In this document: positions 13,619 to 23,851 of the stretch, one piece after another
Numbering within the stretch: position 1 is the first letter of the stretch
How the letters are laid out: every line of letters starts with the position of its first letter
Notes under the pieces: generated by a model
What the model was told of the DNA's origin: nothing
Database searches by the model: none
The model's input: only the letters and a program-made list of their open reading frames with translations
Made by a program: the position numbers and the translations under genes
DNA from: Vermamoeba vermiformis
Taxonomy: Eukaryota
Assembly (NCBI GenBank): GCA_045837725.1
Contig: JBEWZL010000087.1
Coordinates: 1 to 64,000, forward strand
Reading direction: 5' to 3'
DNA length: 64,000 bases

Positions 13619-14042
13619 GAAGTGACATACTATTGTGCTATTTATTCCTAATAAACTGCCTAAAATTTTTGGGTCTCGTAAGTACCTGGTAGATAATGAT
13701 GATCACTAACGTTATAAGATTGTAGCTGATGGGCTAGGCTGGGCGATTATTTGATTTAAATTCTTCGCATTTTTTTCCGGCCAACACAAAAAAAGCCCTG
13801 GCAAAAGAATTGAATTGATTCGATTTATCAAACACAACACCTCCTGATATTACTTTACACTGGCATACAATAACACAACCATTGAAACTTACGTTAGTTT
13901 CTCAGATAACTGGCCAGATCTAATATTAATGACGTTTTAGTTTCGTGACCGATCTTGAATTTTATTTGCACGGTTTTTGAAAAGCAGCAAACAGCACACC
14001 CGAGTGAGATACGTGTACTAAAATTTGGTGGCATAAATATTA

Positions 14043-17000
14043 ATGGGTAAGCACTCTCTTTAAATTCTAATTTAAATCCAAATCCGAATCTGTCAGTCAG
14101 AATCTTTATTAATCTGATTTACAATTATTTTAAAAAATTTATGACTATTAGACACTTATTTAAATACAACAATATTAATTTTGAAATGTTGCAGATCTGA
14201 ATGATGGCGTTCAAGAACAACCACAAGAAGCGAGTACCCAGTATGTGCTTAATTTATAATCAACAAACCAGACGCTTGGCGTAATAACGTTTATGTAGGT
14301 GTCACCTCCGCTGTGTGCGAGTAAAAGATCTTGGCTCAAGACTACGTCCAGGACAGGAGCGGAGCGAAAAAATCCTTGAAAAGGCTCGCCCTCTACCTCC
14401 TGACAATCGACTTGCAACTCGCACAGTCTATTGGTTCATCGCACTAGAACAAATTACTCCTCGATTCAGTAATCCCGACTCATTCGTCTGGAAGGAGTGT
14501 TTTGAATATATGGATGGCTATGGAGTCCTTCATTACCTTGCTCAAATAGAAATGAAGTCTTCACAACCAGCGGCACTTGAGTTTGTTTTTTCCAATAGCA
14601 ATATTGTGATGCACATTGAATTTGACAAACAAACAAAAGACAAACCTTCAATGATAGCCTATGGGACAGGCAACAACACGAATCAACCTACTGATGCACA
14701 GCACAACACACCCCCTCAACAGACAAGTGTTGAAATATGTACAGCTCATATTGCACCCCCAATTGCCTATGGTGATGGTCTACAACGTCCGTCAAGCAAG
14801 CCCCTCATCATCAATATACTTCTTTTAGTTCCTGACTTTGAAGAATATGTTGATATGGTTGATTGTGCCTTACTCAAATTGGGATTCAAGAAAGAAGTCA
14901 GCTCGAACACTCAGCAGCAACTTTATAGTGAATTGGATCTGATAGACAAAGAACGCCATATTTTGCTGTTTCCCTATGGTGACATAAGCAGATTTCGCAA
15001 ATTGTCTGATTATTTACCCCGTGCAAGTGAAGTCATTTTGCTTCTGGAGAATGAAATGGAACAGCAAAATGACATTGTGGCAATAACACAAGTAATTAAT
15101 GTCAAAACAGCTTTCAATGATGAAATCAAAGACACCATTTGGAAGTTTGTTCTGAAAACAGCTACTTTTGGGGACTTAGAACTTGATTACTCAACGCTAA
15201 GTGGCTCTGTAAAGAAGATATTTTCTATCCATGAACTTTATGGAATAGTTGGAGGTGCTAGCTGCAAGAAACAAGAGTGTTATGACAACTTAGTTGAGAC
15301 ATTCACTGATTTTATGTCAGAATGGATTCTTCATGACAGAATAGTTAGAAATATTCAACAGAATATGTTTATTTGCTTCAAGTTTGAACCATCTCCCATC
15401 AAGGCTTTTACTGAATATGCTTCAAAAACTCTCATCATTGAGAAGATAGCTCATCATTTCAAAGATCAGCTAGTAATAGTCCACGGTAGTGTTCTCTTAT
15501 ACATTCACTGTCCTTCATATCTTCCATGGTACATTCTTCAACATGAGGAAGAGATATTCAACACCCTCTCTGCAGAAGGGCTGACAGAGATCTATGAGTG
15601 TTTCATAGATGATGTTGAAGCATCCATGAAACGAGAAGATAATCAAGAGTTTGTGGACGAGTTGCTTTTTTTGAAAGAACAAATGATCAGTGAAGGAATT
15701 GCTGAGACACCACCACTTCATCAGTAAGTTGTTGGTAACAAATATTATTCTAATACTTTAATAGTAGATTTTCAGTTTACAAATCAAGTGACTTGGAAGA
15801 CACTTTGGAATCTCAAAAAAAGGTTGACTTGCCTGTGAGTTAAATGCCATCTCTTTTAAGAAATTTAAAAGCAGAATTAACCAAAAGTTTAGGGTCCAGT
15901 AAAAGACTTTCCAAAGAGGGATTCAGTTAAAGAAGAGAATCAAAAGTAAGTACATTATTGAGTGTGGTTCTCAAAAATCCCAACATGTAATCGATTATGA
16001 AGGGAGGATTCAGTAGAAGAAAAGAATACCCAAACTCCATCTGTCCAAACGTCAGTGTTGGCACAAAGCAATCACATTTCTAATTTAATTTTAAGGAGTC
16101 GTATACATTTTGCACGAGCCAAAGATGTAGTACGACTGGCATCATCAGATCAGAGAAATCAAAGGGTTGTTGAAATATCACAACCCCTGCTACCTCAAGG
16201 CAATTCTCTTACTGCACGGGCAATTTATTGGTTTGTTACTACTGAACCAGTGGAGCTTCTAACTAAAGGCACAAAGTTGTTTACTGAAATAAGGGAGAGT
16301 ATTACTTTTGCTGCTTCAAATGGCATAACTTACTACTTGAATCAAGTGCACTTTCGCACAAACAAGCAAGAAACCCTTTGCTTTAGGTTTCCTGATGGGA
16401 GTGTAGAAACTATCTATTTGAATTGGCCATATAGAAACAAACGAGCCACACTCCCTCCTACAAACATGGGTGCACAACCAATGCTGATATCCCACAATGA
16501 CTTGCAGCTCGACGATGAATCTCAAACAGCAACTAACTACAGAATACAACCATTCAACACTGATTATTATGACTCTATATACCAGTTTGGAAGCAACATC
16601 AACTCACCCAATAGTAACATCAGTGGCATGCAATTTTGGGGCCAAGCCTTGCCTGAAACCCTGTTTCAAGTCCAGACTCCACCACAAGTTCTTCCAAATG
16701 GCATGCAAGTTGCTTCAACTGAAGCACTCATTGTTAACTTGCTTCTGCTGGTCCCGGACAACAATGAGTACATCCAAATGGCACAATCGACACTCATTGA
16801 TTGTGGGTTCATGGAGGAAGTCAGCTCGACAACTCAACAGTGCCTGTATAGTCTTAAAATGACTAACTCCATTCGACATGTACTGCTATTTCCCTATGGA
16901 AAGGCTGCCAGATTGCTTGTTTTGAATGATTACTTGCCTGCAACAAGTGAAGTCATTTTGCTACTCGAAAATCAAGACGGGCAAGAAGACCCTCTCATGG

Positions 17001-17371
17001 CCATCTCTCACATTACCAACTTTGGCCCTGTGACATGGGAGTTCGCTGTCAAAGGAGCTGATTTTAGACCCATAGAGCTCAACTACTCAACGCTAGCGCA
17101 GTCAGTGAAGCTAGTACTATCCATCAAGCAACTGCGCGAAGTTGTCGTTGGTGGTGCTTCTTGGAGAAAAGGTCTTGGTGCTGCTCAGCTGGCTGATCCG
17201 TTCAAGAATTTCTTCTTGCAGTGGACGCTGGCACGTGTCGCCGAACGTGTTGTTCAGAACATTTTTATTTGCTTCAAATACGAGCCTAAACGAGTTATAG
17301 CCAGAACTGAATATGCTGCAATTACCTTAGCTGCACTTGGTATAGATTATGACGTGTCAGTCCATGGTTAA
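14043..17371 (+). CDS. Family A tandem fusion (A3 + A4): two N-domain/GTPase-like modules and no C-terminal peptidase-like domain
   Basis: ORFs 14315-15727 and 16055-17371 can be joined in frame through small exons (FSVYKSS...VDLP | GPVKDFPKRDSVKEENQK | EDSVEEKNTQTPSVQT) with GT-AG introns. A4 stops at GIDYDVSVHG*. Confidence 0.65.
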
Positions 17372-17453
17372 ATTCTTAAGGTTACAAAGATTATCAAAAC
17401 ATTTGCACACTTTAGTAATAAAACAAATATTTACATTCTCTGCTACACCATTT

Positions 17454-20111
17454 CTACACTTCAACACACGTGGCACGACAGCGCGACACCAACCAGGTGG
17501 GCAAAGGACAACGCCAAGGAATGTTCGATGCATCGCACAGCTGAAACTGCGGAGTCTTCTGCGTGTCTGCGGTCACTTGAAACACGGAAAAGTTGTTGTG
17601 CGAGATGTTGAATATCCTCACACTCGTGATCAGTTGATACTCGCTGAAGACCAGTGAGCCGTTGAACTTGTTGCCACCGAGTTTGATCGTGTGAAGGAAC
17701 GGCAAGAACAAAGTATTTGGCTCGCCTGTCAGCTGATTGCCTTCAAAGTTGATCGACTCCGTCATCATGTCAAGTTTTGGTACCGCGCCTGAGAGCTGAT
17801 TGTAGCTTAAATCAATTCTCAAAAACGCGAGGTAGGGCATGTCTGGAATTGTGCCGACGAGTTTGTTGTGTGACAAGTTGATCTCCATCAAGTTCGTGTG
17901 ATTGGTGAGGCTTGGCGCGATTGTGCCAGTCAGCTGGTTGTGACTCAAGTCCAACATGTGCAAGTTATTGGGCTTAAAGATGCTGGCAGGGATCGTGCCC
18001 GAGAGGTCGTTGAAGGCCAGGTACAAGTAACGCAGCGCTTGCATTCGAGCGATTGACTCTGGGATCGTGCCGGTGAGGTTGTTGAAGCGAAGATCAAGCA
18101 TGGTCAGATTGACGAGATTGCCGATGCTGTCAGGGATCGTGCCGTGCAGTGAGTTGGTCGAGACATCGAGCTCTGTCACGACTCCATTTGAGCACACAAC
18201 ACCTGCCCACTGACAGGGCTTGGCGCCTGAATCCATCCAGTACTGGCTTATGCGCCATCCACTACCTCCTGCTGCCGCGTACAAGTCACGAAGTGCTTGG
18301 AGTTGACTGTCCGGGATCATGTCGTCTTCAGCTGTTTGTCCACTTGGCGTCGATCCTCCGTTACCGTAAGTGAAGAGCAGCACACCGAGAACAACTGCAA
18401 TGACTGCAAACGCACTCAAAAGACCCAAAGTCCATCGCCAAAAGATTGGTTGAGAGGCCTTTTTTGTTTCGTGGCCGTCACTGACTGACATCGGAGTGAA
18501 TGTTCTCCGTTGCTTGTGTCGATCTTTTTTGATGAACTCCTCGTATATTGAATCTATTGTCTTTTGAATTCGTTCCGTTTTTGAAGTCAGATCCTGGATG
18601 TCGTTGAAGTTGGCACGAACTGACTCGCTTAGATATGGTATCAGAGACTCATAGTCGACATGAAGAATACCTAGATGCCGTCCATGTTAGATGGATACTA
18701 AAGAGAATCACAATTGATTTAATAGAACTCACCATCAATGAGTTGAACAGCCTCGGGAACAACACTCTCCACTTGTTGTGCAATGTAGCCAACAAATCGT
18801 CTGTTCGTGTCTGGATGCACTCCTTGCTTGAACTTGTAGTGCACGCCATCGATTTGAAGTAGTGTGTCTCGACAGTCCTTGTCTAATTGTGACACGTGTC
18901 AGTCACATTACTCACAAGCCAGTAAAGCGAGACCGGTCGCGAGAGGCGTAATCTCGTACTCTAACCGCTGTCGCTTACGTACCTTCAACAAGTAGCCTGA
19001 TGTCCTCTTTGATATTGATGTCTGATGACTTGTAGAAGTTCAATGCTCTGAAGTTTCCAACGACTTCTGCATTGCCGTTGTAAAGTACCATGTAATTCTC
19101 GTCCCTAAACAAATAGGTCATCACAGTTAGCTACGCGAGTTGTATGAGAGGTGAATTTGCCATGCAAAATCAATAATTTTGAGACTTACTGCGGTTGAAC
19201 CTGATGCGCCATCTGCTGACCTTGAAATAGTGATAGCTGTCCCGAACTATAATCGTGCTGCGAACCACTATTGCAATCATATATTAGGATTATACTGTTG
19301 TTTTGAGTCTTTAAGAACTTACAAAGATCCATCCACAACGTGGCTCGTATCTGGACTGGAAGTTGAATGAGATTCAGCAACGTATCCAACGTGATAATCC
19401 TCTGCAGGACTGTAATTATATGTCTCATCTCGACTGCTTTCAGCTTCAAGAGGACTTTCAATGCTAATCTGATTGTTGAAATTTGTGTTGTTGTTGACGT
19501 TGTTATTGGTGGCCCAATCGAGTGGTACGCACACTAAAATATTTTGTAATCAATAATTAATCCCCGATTAAAAGCTTTCGTACGGGTAAGTAAATTAATG
19601 AAATTGTGGATCGAAACGCAAGACCCCAAAACTAATATTCAATGCAATATAGTTGGGGTTTGATCGTACCTTCGTCATCTACAGCACCTTGGCGCTTTTT
19701 GGGTAATAATTCGAAAACGCTGGATGCCGCTTGCTGAACGAAAAGTCCATCCGCATAATAGTTGAGTGAAATTCGGACTAATTGCTCTGGCAGCTTTCTA
19801 AAATCGAACATGCCATTATTGACTTTAATTCTAATTGTAATTCCTTCGACTGTATTAGTGAACGCATTGTTTTTAAAGTAAACTGGATTTCTTTTGGCCC
19901 AAGTTGCCCAATTGTTTGTGAATGTTCGTGCCTTATTTTCCTCGTTTGCCAGGCATAATAATTCTAATTGATAAAAATAATTTGAGGTTGATTTTTTACT
20001 GCGCAGGATAAATCCAAAATTGGGATCTTCTTGAGGGACTATATCAAAGCCCTCGGGGCAGTTTAAAGGCACGTAAAGCCTAAATATATTTCTTACGTGC
20101 ACCTTCTGCAT
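17454..20111 (-). CDS. Family B copy 3 (B3): DBD-ICA-TM-LRR
   Basis: MQKVHVRNIFRL...LLPKKR. ICA exons at about 18980-19100 and 18734-18884. TM WTLGLLSAFAVIAVVLGVLLF. LRR ORF 17454-18491. Confidence 0.9.
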
Positions 20112-20512
20112 TATGTTCGAAATTTGAATAATGACAACGTCAAAAAATTTTGACAAGCACTTGTTGACATCCTGTCGTGATCCGAATAATACGCGAAGAT
20201 TTTGCTCCAATAACACAATAGGACAGTGAAAATATGTTATCATGAATAGGCAATGCCTAATATTTACATCCTATCTAATTTACATAATTTACAATGAATC
20301 AGCGTTTTCTTCCAATCAAAGCCTCCAAATCCGCTTTTCACCAATGAATACATCAATTGAGTTATATTAATTGGCTACTCATTAATCTCCAGCAGTCAAA
20401 ATCACGAGCAGGATCGCCCTGTCGTTGGGCTTTGAGATCGAGATCTGTCAGGCATTGGCTCGAAGCTTAGAAGATACCGCCAAAGGTATTTACACGAGCG
20501 TTAGAAAATTCT

Positions 20513-21460
20513 TTAAAAATAGCTCGGAGGATAGCTTTGTTGTTGCTCAAACTCCCACATCCTATTAAATAGCGGGATTAGATATTGCTCTTGTTTCTCG
20601 TTGATTTAATGTGGTGAATATTATAAAAATGAGGTATTTCGTACTTACTGGTCATTACTGGACTCGTCAGAAGTAAACAATTCGCTGTGATCGAGCTCAA
20701 ATTCGACGCCGTTACTTGGAAAAGTTATTGATTAATTTGTGGACGGATTTTAACGCGGAAATCAAACTTACTATGCCAAGGGACTTTGTATGGCGCTAAT
20801 AGATTGCTCAGATTCGTCAACGCGCGGTTGCTCCTCTTGATCTGAAACTGGATTCTCCTCAGGCAAACTTGGAAGAGGCGCTAGGGACTCCAAAACGGGG
20901 TTGACGATTGTATGTTGCAGATCTTGCCAATGCATAGGAATACAAGCTGAAAATGACTCGAGTTAATAAAAAGCTTTGTGAACGCAGATCGGATCCCATT
21001 GAGAAACTTGTGAAATTGACTTACTTTCTTCGTCGATGGGACCCTGACGCTTCTTAGGTAGCAAGTTAACTACAGAGGTCGCTCCTTGTTGCATTAGAGC
21101 ACCGTCAATGTAGCAGCCGATTGAGAAGAGAATGAGAAGATCTTCAACTTTACGAAAATCAAACAATCCGTAGTTAATCTTAACGCGGATCGTGACTCCT
21201 TCGACGCAGTTGTCGTCAGCGTTGGTTCTGAAGTAGATCGGATTGCGTTTAGCCCAAGTACCCCAGTTCAGCAGTGTTTGCGCGTCTTTGTCCTCATCGG
21301 CGAGACGGATGAGCTCCAATCTGTAGTCGTATTGATGACGCATCTTCTTATTGACCAAAGCGAAGCCAAAAGGTTTCTGGACCGGTACGATCTCGTAGCC
21401 TTGAGGCAACTGTAAAGGCACAAACAGTCTGAAGATGTTTCGTATGTGGACCTTCTGCAT
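20513..21460 (-). CDS. Family B short copy (B4): DBD + acidic/Pro-rich tail only (no ICA, TM or LRR)
   Basis: ORF 20963-21460 is homologous to exon 1 of B1-B3. The second exon CIPMHWQ matches the C-[IV]-P-x-x-W motif of B2/B3. The last exon appears to end ...QQSYPPSYF* near 20513; the 3' exons are tentative. Confidence 0.7.
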
Positions 21461-22320
21461 TGTGAGTAGTTGTTAACCTATGTAAACAAATGATATGGTA
21501 CGGCAGAAATTGATATTTAAACCAACGGCCGTTAAAAAATTGACACGCATCGTCCTACAATGAGACCGTTTCACAACACGGTTCCAGAGATTCGGATTTG
21601 CACCAAGGGCACTAAAATTCATTCTGAAAGCGGGAGAGCTTGCGATAATTCTATTAAATAATATGTATGGCATTAGTGATAATTTAAAGGTCCTATAAGC
21701 TGTATAATATCGATTTTAAGTTGTTTGTGATTCCACACGTGGGATCTAATTCGAGCTTCAAAGAATTATTTCTATGAAGATCACACGTATACGTACCGCA
21801 AACGCACACTTCTCAAGAAAGCTGCGAAGAACCTAAGAAATAGGGTACACCCCTTACTTTTCTATTGAATAGTTGTCCCTCTGACACTTCAGTGAATCCA
21901 TCCGCTGAATCCGATGCTCTCGTAGTGACTTTTGCAGCCATGATCATTTGCATCATAAATTTGGCAAATATTATACATGCTGAGAACATCCGAGCCGTTA
22001 CGAGAAGCATAGAGCCACGTAATACAACCATCCCGGAGCCGATGTGGCTTTGCCAGGAAGATCAAGTAGGCCCGCAGCTCGAAACTTCTCGGACATAACT
22101 AGCCTAAATATAACTCCGTCAGTTAGTGTTGGTCCAGATGGTACGAATCAGTAAGATAAATATCTTGGCGCGACCTTACTGAAAACTCGTATCATTTTCG
22201 TTTGTCAATGTCGCGCAAACAAAACGTCTATTCATAATTTGTATTTGCATTAATACTAATTTGTATACTATATACAGATCGTATTTTCAGACTGTTTCAA
22301 ACAAAAGCTAATTACCTCAT

Positions 22321-23746
22321 ATGGCTAGCGTGTTTATCGTCGGTGCTTCTGGGTATATCGGCCTTGGTGTAGCAACAGCATTCAGACGTGCAGGTATTCT
22401 AATATAATAGTAAAATAGTATTAATATTTAATAAATATAAAATCAAAACAATATCGTGATATTGCGAGCGTCAAACTAAAAATTGCGATCAACAGGATGG
22501 AAAGTTTTTGGACTGGTTCGCTCTGAAGAAAAGGCTGCAGATTTAAGAAAACTTGAAATAATTCCAGTTATTGGGTAATTATTTTATAAATATTTAAAGA
22601 TGAATTACTTGCCTTTCCCGAAAATCAGAAGTCATTATTATTCCTTCAGTTCTGACGGCAGATCCATCAAGCTTTATTGACTCGTGTTCGCAGGGACCAA
22701 TCTTCTATCTCAAGTTATCGCGATGTGCTTAATGGCTGCTCGGTCATTGTAGATGCGATCGGATTCAATCAGCCAGCTTCTGGAAAGTTCTTGCAATCCG
22801 TAGTGGATATTCATTCTGAGCATATTGACACGTGCCCTCAAGCTTATACTCCATTATTCATATTTACTTCGGGAATTATGACTTACGGTTCCAGCGACAA
22901 GGTAACTTCGAATCCTGTTGACATCCAAACTCGACCGTGCAAGCTAAGGAGTGATATTAATAAACTTTATATCCAGGTATTAGATGAATCCGTCATACCT
23001 CAACCAAAGCTTCAAGACATGAAAGAGCGCAAATTGTTCGAAGATCGCGTGCTCAACACCACCAAACTTCGTACTGTCGTTGTTCGCCCTGGCTTCGTAT
23101 ACGGTATAGTATTAATGTCTATTATATGATATGCTACTAACAAATTCGTACCATAGGAGGCTCAGGTGGTGTCGTTAATGACTGGTTCTTCAACGTGCAG
23201 GTAGATGCGGATTTAGAACTCTTCGGTAGCGGTGACAAGCGATGGAGTTGGGTGCATGTCGATGACTTGAGCGAGGGATACTTGAAAATAGCACAGGCTG
23301 GTCCTTCAGTCGATCATCAAGTGTTCAATCTCGGCACTTTAGGTACGTTGCTCACGTGGATCTACTTGCTAAAAATTCCTTTCAAATTGCCTGACGAACG
23401 AATTTTTACCATTACCCTATAAAATGCACTGAATATTAGTACGGTGCAATTGTTGTGAAGGATTAAGCAAATGATCTTACCTTATCTTCTAGATGCGCCG
23501 CGCTATGAAGAGTTGCGAGTGGCTATGGCCAAGCAGGCTGGCTGGGACGAGAAGAAGCATAAAGTCGTGTATAAGCCGTTGCCTACTGAGCCTGGCCAAG
23601 AGCGCTGGGCCACCTTCGAAGGCACAGTGGTTGTGAGTCCCGCCAAAGCGATGAACTTGCTGGGATGGCAACCAAAGCACCTCGGTTACTTGAACGAGCT
23701 GGACGTGTACTACCAGTCTTACAAAGCTTGCAAGAGCCAGAAATAA
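22321..23746 (+). CDS. Extended short-chain dehydrogenase / NAD-dependent epimerase-dehydratase
   Basis: MASVFIVGASGYIG (GxxGxxG), VVVRPGFVYG, WSWVHVDDL; multi-exon. Confidence 0.88.
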
Positions 23747-23851
23747 CGTCGGTGATAGTTTCCTATAATGTTAGTCGTCGCTGCATCCGCCGTAAGAGCA
23801 GATGTCGATCTCGAAGATAAAAAACTAAAATTTGAATTTAATTCGTTAATT

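Noticed and set aside
21870-22195. Possible small spliced gene on the minus strand (...GCITWLYAS...HGCKSHYESIGFSGWIH*)
   Set aside because: I could not build a consistent start/splice model or recognise a family; left uncalled.
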